This document shows positions 1 to 7,560 of a stretch of DNA of 39,198 bases, piece by piece. The stretch lies in the IMG/VR virus record IMGVR_UViG_2531839622_000028. The stretch is one strand, 5' to 3'. Within the stretch, counting starts at the first letter, position 1, and each line of letters begins with the position of its first letter. Source of the stretch: a virus. Its lineage: Duplodnaviria; Heunggongvirae; Uroviricota; Caudoviricetes. The notes below the pieces were generated by a model. That model was not told the origin of the DNA, did no database searches, and worked only from the letters and a program-made list of their open reading frames with translations. The translations under genes were made by a program, and so were the position numbers.

Positions 1-591
1 ATGACGGCGGAAGGTCACCTTCTCTTTTCTATTGCTTGTGCGGTATTTGCCAAAAATGCCGAGCTGACGCCCGTGCTGGCACAGGGTGACTGGTGGCATA
101 TTGTCCCTTCCGCAATCCTGACGTGTTTGTTACCGGACATCGATCACCCAAAGTCGTTTCTTGGGCAGCGATTAAAGTGGATATCAAAACCGATCGCCCG
201 CGCTTTTGGGCATCGTGGTTTTACCCACAGTCTGCTGGCGGTATTTGCGCTGCTGGCAACCTTTTACCTTAAGGTTCCTGAAAGCTGGTTCATTCCGGCT
301 GATGCGCTACAAGGAATGGTGCTGGGTTATTTAAGCCACATACTTGCCGATATGCTGACACCCGCCGGTGTTCCCCTGCTCTGGCCATGCCGCTGGCGTT
401 TCCGCTTGCCTATCCTGGTTCCCCAAAAGGGTAACCAACTGGAACGTTTTATCTGCATGGCATTATTTGTCTGGTCGGTATGGATGCCTCATTCATTACC
501 CGAAAACAGCGCTGTTCGTTGGTCATCGCAAATGATCAATACCTTGCAGATCCAGTTTCATCGGCTTATTAAGCATCAGGTTGAATACTAA
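1..591 (+). CDS. ydjM: YdjM-like inner-membrane metal-dependent hydrolase (host gene)
   Basis: Complete 196-aa ORF; translation (MTAEGHLLFSIACAVF...) matches enterobacterial YdjM as recalled; several hydrophobic segments; lies outside the phage gene block. Confidence 0.8.
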   Translation: MTAEGHLLFSIACAVFAKNAELTPVLAQGDWWHIVPSAILTCLLPDIDHPKSFLGQRLKWISKPIARAFGHRGFTHSLLAVFALLATFYLKVPESWFIPADALQGMVLGYLSHILADMLTPAGVPLLWPCRWRFRLPILVPQKGNQLERFICMALFVWSVWMPHSLPENSAVRWSSQMINTLQIQFHRLIKHQVEY

Positions 592-742
592 AAAGGCAAA
601 AATCGCCTTTCTGTAATAAGCAATTCCATTTGAATATAAGAGCCAGCTCACAGTTCTGTTAATCTTGCGCCAACACTATGACTGCTACGCAGTGATAGAA
701 ATAATAAGATCAGGAGAACGGGGATTATAGCGCGGCGATTTT

Positions 743-807
743 TTTGATACCGATTTGCATTTCATTTGATACCGCTGAAAAACGCCGATACGCAACTTAT
801 TTGATAC
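743..807. repeat. Three direct repeats of TTTGATAC (743-750, 765-772, 800-807) in the prophage terminal region; candidate transposase end-binding sites
   Basis: Repeats read directly; first two are 22 bp apart; they sit between the mom stop and the host gene, where Mu carries its R-end sites; GAAAAACGC at 775-783 resembles part of the Mu R1 site as recalled. Confidence 0.3.
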
Positions 808-853
808 TAAATCGGCGCTTTTCTTTTGAGTTTTAGAATGAGTTTTTAAGCGC

Positions 854-1591
854 TCATTCACTCTCTTTCAAACCAGTTTTAACTGTTTGTGGTTTTGGGT
901 AAGGCTGGACTTTGAATAGCTTTGTGTTGAGGCGTTTTCTGGCCCTCTTGTTCAGAAACCGGATGTAACGAAACTGTCGGAACTTATGCACACTGGCTCT
1001 GTCGATATTAGCCCTCAGATGTTCACCTCGTTGTCCGCCTCGTTTAATGGCACTCCTGCAAATCTCGTGATACCACTCGCCATCAAGTTCATAGAATGTT
1101 GATTCATGGCTGCCTACATAATCAAAATTGCTTGCCTGATACACGACACCAAGACAGCCACAACGCTCATCTGCAAACGACTGAACCCACTGTACCTGCG
1201 GATAAAGCTGCCTGATTAGCTTGAGCGCGTAACTGATTGCCCTTGATTCGGAGTTTCTCGGCATACAGTCATGCATCCATAGCCGGTTAAGCTCCATATA
1301 TTCTCGGTTCTGCGTACCCGTTACGACGCGTGCACCACTGTTTGGGTTAAGGGCGTAACCCCATTGCATTACGCCAACAAGTTCCCGTTCTGAAAATATA
1401 CCCAGATGAAGGTAGGAATTATTTACGAAACGGTGGCTGTAATGTTTATTGACGATAACCAGTCTGGCCAGCCAGCAACTTATTGTCTCAACCCGCAACT
1501 CACGGGAGCCATAACCAACGATATTGTCGTTATAGCGAATAAGTTCAGGCGTGCTGATGATACGGGATGTGACTTGCTTTCTGTTCCCCAC
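854..1591 (-). CDS. mom: Mom-like DNA modification protein (anti-restriction)
   Basis: 245-aa ORF whose 5' end overlaps the 3' end of a Com-type zinc-finger gene; last gene before the prophage end, as in Mu. Called from synteny, not sequence recall. Confidence 0.65.
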   Translation of the reverse strand: MGNRKQVTSRIISTPELIRYNDNIVGYGSRELRVETISCWLARLVIVNKHYSHRFVNNSYLHLGIFSERELVGVMQWGYALNPNSGARVVTGTQNREYMELNRLWMHDCMPRNSESRAISYALKLIRQLYPQVQWVQSFADERCGCLGVVYQASNFDYVGSHESTFYELDGEWYHEICRSAIKRGGQRGEHLRANIDRASVHKFRQFRYIRFLNKRARKRLNTKLFKVQPYPKPQTVKTGLKESE

Positions 1592-1745
1592 GACAGGATT
1601 TCCTTGTGTATGTGGGGTGCTCTGTGGCGCTCGGAGATGTGATTTGATTGAGGGTTTTACAGCGCGGACATTTTACTTCCAGATAACTGAAACTGGCCCG
1701 TGCCAGTAGCTTATTGCAGTGTCGGCACCGTATGTTTCGATACAT
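1545..1745 (-). CDS. com: Com-like zinc-finger translational activator of mom
   Basis: Motif [10 protein letters not shown]...CPRCK resembles Mu Com (two CxxC pairs); start taken at the internal ATG 1743-1745 (MYRNIRC...), preceded by AGGAGG 10 nt upstream; overlaps the mom start. Confidence 0.7.
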   Translation of the reverse strand: MYRNIRCRHCNKLLARASFSYLEVKCPRCKTLNQITSPSATEHPTYTRKSCRGEQKASHIPYHQHA

Positions 1746-1935
1746 GGCCGCATAACCTCCTGCTTTGTTGTTGATGCCTTTCTCATGCAATCGATCGACA
1801 AAAACGATCGATTCGATTTGTTTAATTGATACAACAAATAGATTTAAAAGTCATCAACAATGATTCAGGGCGGTGATTATTTACTTAAAGAAACGAAGAG
1901 TTAGGTGGTGAAAACGATCATAAAATGATCATTTT
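1746..1935 (-). promoter_or_regulatory. com/mom upstream control region with clustered GATC (Dam) sites
   Basis: GATC at 1793-1796, 1806-1809, 1916-1919 and 1927-1930 in an AT-rich region upstream of com; in Mu, mom transcription depends on Dam methylation of upstream GATC sites and on C protein. Promoter elements not mapped. Confidence 0.35.
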
Positions 1936-2151
1936 ATTGACTTTTTATACAGTGAAGGTAGGATCGCGCGTATATGTAGTATGTTTCAAATCAACAGGAT
2001 ACTACATAAAAGGGAAACCCAGCATAGCTGGAACTATGCTGGGTCAATCTGTAAAAACTTGCATCAATGCTTTACTTCGAGCTCGTGGCGTATCCTATGA
2101 TATTCCCCGGTCTCCTGTAAAGCAGAGATGCATAAAAAGGAGATCTTTATC

Positions 2152-2322
2152 ATGGATAAAGAGCCTGTTTGCCCTGCCTGTAAGACTCCCTTACAGCTCA
2201 TCTATCGCCGTTCTCGATCTCAAAATGGCAAGACATACAAACCAAAAAATGCTTCCTGTTTCAGGATGCTGATATGTCCTGCCTGTTCTCCCCGGAGGGA
2301 AAATACACAAAACGTGCATTAA
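2152..2322 (+). CDS. Small zinc-ribbon protein (56 aa, two CPAC motifs), hypothetical
   Basis: ATG at 2152 preceded by AAAAAGGAG with about 9-nt spacing; CPACKT and CPACSP motifs; plus-strand gene inside a minus-strand block, convergent with the 81-aa gene across a hairpin. Confidence 0.4.
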   Translation: MDKEPVCPACKTPLQLIYRRSRSQNGKTYKPKNASCFRMLICPACSPRRENTQNVH

Positions 2323-2331
2323 CAAATTCAC

Positions 2332-2351
2332 CCGGCAGGGAAACCTGCCGG
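2332..2351. terminator. Stem-loop CCGGCAGG-GAAA-CCTGCCGG between convergent genes; possible bidirectional terminator
   Basis: Perfect 8-bp GC-rich stem with a GAAA loop read directly; sits between the stop of the plus-strand zinc-ribbon ORF (2322) and the stop of the minus-strand 81-aa ORF (2361); flanking T-tracts are weak. Confidence 0.4.
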
Positions 2352-2360
2352 TCGGTATTG

Positions 2361-2606
2361 TTACATCATAGTACCGTCAGTTCCGGGTTGAACCGGCTCT
2401 GGTTGCTCTACGGGTTGAGGCTCATTTTCCGTGCTGTTTTCAGCCGGAGAACGACCAACCATTCGGGCCAGCACTTCATCAACATATGCGTCGATTTGTG
2501 CCTCAAAATCCTTGCGAACCTGCGCCTTCAGCACGCGGTTCACTTCTTCAGAATAAAGTGCCTGTTTGACAAGCTCTTCAGTAACCGTGCCTTTAATCTC
2601 TGGCAT
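2361..2606 (-). CDS. Hypothetical 81-aa protein with acidic, Pro/Glu-rich C-terminus
   Basis: ORF with GGAAAGGAGAA upstream of the ATG at 2606; no recognisable family by eye. Confidence 0.5.
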   Translation of the reverse strand: MPEIKGTVTEELVKQALYSEEVNRVLKAQVRKDFEAQIDAYVDEVLARMVGRSPAENSTENEPQPVEQPEPVQPGTDGTMM

Positions 2607-2641
2607 GAATATTCTCCTTTCCTTTTCTGGTTCACAAAAAA

Positions 2642-2821
2642 TTAAATCTGACCGGAGTCTTTCGGCTGCGGCATTACAGCACCGCTTTTTATCTTTTCCT
2701 CGGCAGCTGCATCAATTTTATTTCGAAAATAATTGCGAATAATTTTATAACCACCGCTGACAAGCAACAGACAACAAACCACCGTGCAGAAATACAGCAG
2801 GCAGACGTTTATATATGTCAT
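2642..2821 (-). CDS. Small membrane protein (59 aa), hypothetical
   Basis: Not in the ORF track (below its size cut-off); ATG at 2819-2821 with GAGG 5 nt upstream; translation MTYINVCLLYFCTVVCCLLLVSGGYKIIRNYF... has one N-terminal hydrophobic helix and a charged tail. Confidence 0.4.
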   Translation of the reverse strand: MTYINVCLLYFCTVVCCLLLVSGGYKIIRNYFRNKIDAAAEEKIKSGAVMPQPKDSGQI

Positions 2822-2878
2822 ATAAGCCTCACTCTTATTAACTGATGTTACAGCCGGATAAATTCCCGGCCGTCACGA

Positions 2879-4927
2879 TTATGCCGCAGGGGTATTAACC
2901 TCAAGGACAACGCTCTCAAAAGACACGCCATAAGTTGCCCCTTTGGTGACATCTGTCAGTGTCAGCGTATCTTTGGCAGGGGAAAGTGCATCTTTCACCA
3001 TCTGGAATGCCTGGCCCGGAGTGCCATCCAGCACAGGCGTTACCTGGGCACTTCCCGCCGTAAACTTCAGGACAAGTGTATGCCACTGGTTATTGTAGGC
3101 TCCAAATGATCCCAGTTTCGTATTCCCCCCTGTTTTATGGTGCATCAGATTTAACTGGCCGCCTGTTGTCTGGAGATAATACGCCATCAGGAACGGTGTG
3201 CCTGTACCACTCATGGTTACACCTTCCGGGACCGTATCGGTGTGGAGGTAAATACCCAGAGCAAACTGGCCTTCTTTTACTTCACCTGACAGACGGAATT
3301 TACAGGTCAACTGACCACCATGCTTCAGAAGTTCACCGGCTGCATCAGTTCCATGGGTAAGCGTCCAGGTTTTTCCGCTTTGTTTGGATACGGTCAACGC
3401 TTTACCTTCGTCCGTCAGCTGGATTGTACCATCTGTAATTTTCCAGCCCTGAGCCGGGGCTTCTCCTGCTGATGCTTTAAGTGAAAGCAGCGTACGGAGT
3501 GACGGGGATGTCGGATGGGGGGACTCACTGCCTCCTGGCTGACTACCTGTCGGCGCTTCCGGTTTCCCACCCGGCGCGGGCTGAGGCAGGGCTTCACCAT
3601 CAGGGGCCACACCGGCAATAAATGCAGAGGTCAGACCTGCATATTTAAGAATTGCTGATGCAAAACGATCTGAGACCAGAAAACGGCGCGCCCAGGAGCT
3701 AAAATGGGTTGCCCTGGATGCTGTTGTCCAGTTGCCATCTCCCCGTGATTCCGCACCATAATACCCGGCAGAAGCGATATCCGGGTCGTGCTCCGGCAGG
3801 TTGGTCGCGGTTTTATTACCGAACTCATCGTGCATCAGTGGAACAAAGTGAATGTTCTCGGAAGCCCGGTTTTTATATCCGCTATAAATGGTTTCATATG
3901 CCGCCGGGTTCTTCTCTTTCCAGTCATAGGTTGTGTCACCACATAACCACGGCACACTGTCTGATGAACCACCAATACACTGACCGGAGAAAGCACCAAG
4001 ATCCGCACGGAATTTTTTCACCATCGCAGTAAACTGGGCACCATGCTGGGCCGGGGTCGCTTTAAGGTCTCCTTCCCCCTGAATCCATACGACAGATAAC
4101 AGCACATTCTTTGGATTCGCCTCAAGTGCCGCTTTAGTTCGACTGACAAGATCCTGATACAGTGGGGTATCCACTCCCCAGCGTAGTGACGCCTCGGCTG
4201 CACCACTTGCCGGATCGAATGAGCCAACTGCGCCGGTTGTAAAAGCAGAGCCGCCACGGGCACAGGGAACCAGTAAAATCCCGGCATCAGCAGGAATCAC
4301 CGGTAATACTTTTTTCGCAATATGAAGTCCCTGCCCCACACAACCATACTGCCCTTTTTTCAGGTCTGCTTTTGGATGGTTCAGCAGACTCATATTCTGA
4401 ACATCATGAAGGCAGTGATCTGCTGGAATGATTTCATTGTATTTGCAGGGAATACCTCCGGGGGTTTGTGTATTCCTGCGTGCCAGCTGCATAATACGTG
4501 GATCAGGACGATCATAAGAATCCGGAAGGGGCAACCCTTCACCATAAGATGAAGCATTGGACTGGCCGGCTATAACAATCACGTAATACCAGGAAGGGGA
4601 GCTGGAAGCCGTTTCATTTCCTGCCGGACGGGTATGTGTTTCTGCATTATCCCAGTCTGACGGTTCAGTAGTACCGGCAACATCAGCACTTAACGGAATG
4701 ACAGCACCAATACCCGCTCCGGTAATTTCCACGTTCGGATCACCGGATACTGGCCTTACCCACAGGCAATCCTGTGTATTAAAACTGATGAGACAGTCAG
4801 CAAATGTCATTCCTCCTTTTGTTTCGGCCGGAGGAAAGGGAGCCTCAAGAAATGCCGCTGTACCACCGGAAACTTTAACAGTAAAGTTTCCGGGCATTGA
4901 TGATAGTTGAACCCATTTGGACGTCAT
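2879..4927 (-). CDS. Modular carbohydrate esterase, SASA/SGNH type, resembling prophage-encoded sialate O-acetylesterases (NanS-p-like), with a C-terminal beta-rich putative sugar-binding domain
   Basis: 682-aa ORF; GQSN motif at residues 121-124 (nt 4556-4567) and a W-x-QGE-x-D block (VVWIQGEGD) typical of the SASA family; Pro/Gly-rich linker then about 180 C-terminal residues; no N-terminal signal peptide visible. Confidence 0.6.
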   Translation of the reverse strand: MTSKWVQLSSMPGNFTVKVSGGTAAFLEAPFPPAETKGGMTFADCLISFNTQDCLWVRPVSGDPNVEITGAGIGAVIPLSADVAGTTEPSDWDNAETHTRPAGNETASSSPSWYYVIVIAGQSNASSYGEGLPLPDSYDRPDPRIMQLARRNTQTPGGIPCKYNEIIPADHCLHDVQNMSLLNHPKADLKKGQYGCVGQGLHIAKKVLPVIPADAGILLVPCARGGSAFTTGAVGSFDPASGAAEASLRWGVDTPLYQDLVSRTKAALEANPKNVLLSVVWIQGEGDLKATPAQHGAQFTAMVKKFRADLGAFSGQCIGGSSDSVPWLCGDTTYDWKEKNPAAYETIYSGYKNRASENIHFVPLMHDEFGNKTATNLPEHDPDIASAGYYGAESRGDGNWTTASRATHFSSWARRFLVSDRFASAILKYAGLTSAFIAGVAPDGEALPQPAPGGKPEAPTGSQPGGSESPHPTSPSLRTLLSLKASAGEAPAQGWKITDGTIQLTDEGKALTVSKQSGKTWTLTHGTDAAGELLKHGGQLTCKFRLSGEVKEGQFALGIYLHTDTVPEGVTMSGTGTPFLMAYYLQTTGGQLNLMHHKTGGNTKLGSFGAYNNQWHTLVLKFTAGSAQVTPVLDGTPGQAFQMVKDALSPAKDTLTLTDVTKGATYGVSFESVVLEVNTPAA

Positions 4928-5026
4928 AATAATCAGCCTGTTCCTGAATAAACTGAATTATCATATCCACAGACCGATAAACGCCATTTTGCGTTAATTC
5001 AGTAAAGGCCCAACAAAGAGAGCGTC

Positions 5027-5587
5027 TTATTTTTCCGAAACGCTCGCAGGATAATAACGATAAAGGGTTGAAAGACCGATATCAAAAATAAGTGCCACCT
5101 GTCTTCGACTGACACCCCCGGCCAGTAAACGCCCGACCTGCTCGTATTGTTCCTGCGTGAGACGGCGGGGTCTGCCGCCGGTTCGTCCCCTTTCACGGGC
5201 AGCTGCAAGACCAGCCCGTGTCCGTTCGACAATTAATTCACGCTCCATTTCTGCCAGCGCACCCATTATGTGAAAAAAGAAACGCCCCATGGGGGTTGAC
5301 GTATCAATGTTGTCAGTAAGACTACGAAAATTTATCCCCTGTTGCTGTAATTCATCTGTCAGCGCAACAAGGTGGCGCATACTGCGCCCCAGCCTGTCCA
5401 GTTTCCAGACCATCAGTGTGTCACCGGGTTTTAGTTTCTTCAGTGCCCGCTTCAGTCCCGGCCGCTGTGTCGTTTTACCACTCATTTTGTCTTCAAAAAT
5501 CTGCTCACATCCTGCACATTCCAGCGCATTTCTTTGTAAACCGGTGTTCTGGTCATTTGTTGATACGCGTATATAGCCAATCAGCAT
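5027..5587 (-). CDS. gin: Gin/Hin/Cin-family serine DNA invertase
   Basis: 186-aa ORF; N-terminus MLIGYIRVSTNDQNTGLQRNAL... and C-terminal HTH match the Gin/Hin family; adjacent to a gix-like site and the tail-fibre cassettes. Confidence 0.9.
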   Translation of the reverse strand: MLIGYIRVSTNDQNTGLQRNALECAGCEQIFEDKMSGKTTQRPGLKRALKKLKPGDTLMVWKLDRLGRSMRHLVALTDELQQQGINFRSLTDNIDTSTPMGRFFFHIMGALAEMERELIVERTRAGLAAARERGRTGGRPRRLTQEQYEQVGRLLAGGVSRRQVALIFDIGLSTLYRYYPASVSEK

Positions 5588-5640
5588 GTATTTACCTTCC
5601 TTAAAAAGAGGTGAAAATGCCTTTTAAAACAGATATACGG

Positions 5641-5670
5641 TATCCCTGAAAACCTCGGTTTACGGGAAAC
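5641..5670. other. gix-like recombination site, gin-proximal
   Basis: TATCCCTGAAAACC-TC-GGTTTACGGGAAAC resembles the Mu gix sequence as recalled; the GGTTTACGGGAAAC half-site recurs inverted at 7016-7029. Confidence 0.55.
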
Positions 5671-6013
5671 GGTAAATAAGGCGGCGAATGCCCTGCCATC
5701 GAACGGAACGGCTGTTGCAGCGAATAAACTCGCCACTCCAAGAAATATTAATGGTGTCCCATTTGACGGAACGCAGGATATAAATATTACATCGGGGATG
5801 ACGCAGTCTGTGGCTGACTCACGTTATGTTCAAAGCATTCGAAGAGGTTCAAGGTCAACGATTGGAATGCAATATAATATTTTTGAAGTTCCTGACGGAT
5901 GCGTACTTACAGGGCTTGATGTCGCTGGTGATGGTAATGCAACGGTAACCGCATATTATCGACCTGTTCAGTTTCTGATAGATGGTTCGTGGAAAACAGC
6001 TTCCAGCGCATAA
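5657..6013 (+). CDS. Alternative tail-fibre C-terminal cassette (Sv'-like), no start codon of its own; expressed only after inversion
   Basis: Open frame from the gix crossover encodes GLRETVNKAANALPSNGTAVAANKLATPRNINGVPFDGTQDINITSGMTQ..., near-identical to the corresponding stretch of the expressed fibre, then a divergent C-terminus. Confidence 0.55.
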   Translation, partial: GLRETVNKAANALPSNGTAVAANKLATPRNINGVPFDGTQDINITSGMTQSVADSRYVQSIRRGSRSTIGMQYNIFEVPDGCVLTGLDVAGDGNATVTAYYRPVQFLIDGSWKTASSA

Positions 6014-6092
6014 AAGTGCAGTAGTTCAAAAAACAGATTATCTGAATAAATATATGATGATTTTGTCTTTTCAACAAAAACAAGGTGAAATA

Positions 6093-6614
6093 ATGGAGCT
6101 TATTAACGTAAAACGATATTACCCGGAACACAAACCCTATGGTGAGGATGTTCAGTATTTCCAGAGTGAGGACGGAAGGGATTTTTATGAATCTATCCCG
6201 CTTTTCACAAAGAAATACAAACTCTGTATTTCGCCTGTAACGGGTATTATCTGCTCTGTTGCTGAAGATGTCTCTGCTTTATATCCGGCAGGTTTTACTG
6301 TTGTTGAAGTGGACGAACTGCCGGAAGGTGTGAATATTGACGGTAACTGGCAGTTTTCTGATGGCCTGATATCAAAGGTGCCGGTAAACTGGAAGACGGT
6401 TGCTGAAAAGCGTCGTTCATCGCTGCTCCAGGAAGCCAACGAAACCGTGGATGACTGGAAAACAGAATTAAAACTGGACATGATTAGCGATGAAAATAAA
6501 TTACAGCTGACGCGCTGGATGGCGTATATCCGACAGCTTAAAGAAATGCACTTTAATGATATTGCCAGTGAGGGGCATTACCAGGCGATTCCCTGGCCGG
6601 AAAAACCGGAATAA
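6093..6614 (+). CDS. Tail-fibre assembly protein (U'/Tfa-like chaperone)
   Basis: Start taken at the ATG at 6093 (MELINVKRYYPEH...) with GGTGA upstream; typical Tfa-like N-terminus; immediately follows the Sv' cassette; ORF track gives a longer 5982 start. Confidence 0.7.
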   Translation: MELINVKRYYPEHKPYGEDVQYFQSEDGRDFYESIPLFTKKYKLCISPVTGIICSVAEDVSALYPAGFTVVEVDELPEGVNIDGNWQFSDGLISKVPVNWKTVAEKRRSSLLQEANETVDDWKTELKLDMISDENKLQLTRWMAYIRQLKEMHFNDIASEGHYQAIPWPEKPE

Positions 6615-6620
6615 TTCAGA

Positions 6621-6641
6621 GGGTGCATTCAGCACCCTTTT
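6621..6641 (+). terminator. Rho-independent terminator-like hairpin GGGTGC-ATTCA-GCACCC followed by TTTT
   Basis: Read directly, 7 nt after the U' stop, between the convergent U' and fibre genes. Confidence 0.5.
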
Positions 6642-6648
6642 CTGTGGT

Positions 6649-7560
6649 TTACACTGAACTTACCGTTCTCCAGGCATTATTAATATAAATCTGAACCGGG
6701 CGATAATAGACCCCACCGATATTGTCCGCAGACCGGGAGCCGGTTTCCTGCACGTTAATACCGGAAAGCATACAACCGGAAGGTGCGCTGTAATTCCATG
6801 ATATTTCATTGCCTCCGGGTGAATGATAGCTCTGTGCTCCAAGCTGAACATTCTGTACATACCGGCCATCTGCGGTTGACTGCGTCATTCCTGACGTGAT
6901 GTTGATATCCTGCGTTCCGTCAAAAGGAACGCCATTAATATTTCTTGGGGTGGCGAGTCTGTTTGCTGCCACGGCGGTTCCACCCGATGGCAGGGCATCA
7001 GCAGCCTTATTTACCGTTTCCCGTAAACCGACGTTATCGATAAAAGCGCCTTTATCCGGAATGTCTGCGCCGTTCTGCTCCCTGCGCAGGTAACGGTTAT
7101 CACCTTCGCTTTTGCTGTAAACATCCAGATTATTACGGGCGGTTCCCGCATTCTCCAGGTCGGCAAGGTTCTGATCCTTCGCCAGAGCATTAACGTCACC
7201 GGGACCAAGACTGTTTTTTGTGGCAAGCGCCCCAAGACCAAGATAACCACGGGCAAGACGCTGGGCTTCCGCACCGGCATCAGCAATTTCTTTCAGGTTG
7301 TTTTTCCGGGAAAAGGCATTCGCAGCGATAATGGCTTTAATGGACAGCGTAAGCTGGTTTAACTGCGCCTTATCCGGCTGAATACTGGCTTCAGCCAGAA
7401 TATTCAGCAGTTCGGCCTGGAGAATATTCAGCCAGTCCTGACCAATCCAGCTGATACCTTTTTGTCCGTCACCTTCGGTAAACCAGGTGGTGGTATTACT
7501 CTGCGCCGGTGCCAGCGCAGGCATATTCGCCACGCCGGAATTATTATCAACATGAAACAT
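6649..7560 (-). CDS. Tail-fibre protein (S-like; constant N-terminal part joined to the currently in-frame variable C-terminal part)
   Basis: 303-aa ORF downstream of baseplate genes; C-terminal third lies inside the invertible segment and is paralogous to the Sv' cassette. Confidence 0.75.
   Translation of the reverse strand: MFHVDNNSGVANMPALAPAQSNTTTWFTEGDGQKGISWIGQDWLNILQAELLNILAEASIQPDKAQLNQLTLSIKAIIAANAFSRKNNLKEIADAGAEAQRLARGYLGLGALATKNSLGPGDVNALAKDQNLADLENAGTARNNLDVYSKSEGDNRYLRREQNGADIPDKGAFIDNVGLRETVNKAADALPSGGTAVAANRLATPRNINGVPFDGTQDINITSGMTQSTADGRYVQNVQLGAQSYHSPGGNEISWNYSAPSGCMLSGINVQETGSRSADNIGGVYYRPVQIYINNAWRTVSSV
7016..7043. other. gix-like recombination site, fibre-gene-proximal (inside the fibre coding sequence)
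   Basis: GTTTCCCGTAAACC-GA-CGTTATCGATAA; left half is the exact inverted copy of the half-site at 5657-5670. Confidence 0.5.

Larger units (their letters stand above)
5657..7029. mobile_element. Gin-invertible tail-fibre segment (G-segment-like, about 1.4 kb)
   Basis: Bounded by inverted gix-like sites; holds the 3' variable part of the expressed fibre gene (minus) and an alternative fibre C-terminal cassette plus a tail-fibre assembly gene (plus); about 140 bp flanking inverted homology at 5657-5800 and 6886-7029. Confidence 0.7.

Noticed and set aside
592-610. Hairpin AAAGGC-AAAAATC-GCCTTT just after the ydjM stop as a terminator
   Set aside because: Stem is short and AT-rich with no following T-tract; too weak to call
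1925-2272. 115-aa plus-strand ORF upstream of and overlapping the zinc-ribbon ORF
   Set aside because: No RBS, low-complexity translation, in an AT-rich regulatory region; the shorter 2152-2322 frame with a strong RBS explains the coding signal better
4999-5232. 77-aa minus-strand ORF overlapping the 3' end of gin
   Set aside because: Alternative frame within the well-supported gin gene; no independent support
5657-5800. About 140-bp inverted repeat (5657-5800 versus 6886-7029) as possible IS or MITE ends
   Set aside because: It is in-frame coding homology between the two tail-fibre cassettes, differing mostly at third codon positions, and is bounded by gix-like sites next to gin
5798-6013. 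Track ORF starting at the internal ATG at 5798 as an independent 71-aa gene
   Set aside because: The frame is open back to the gix site at 5657 and matches the fibre sequence throughout; it is the promoterless alternative cassette, not a separate gene
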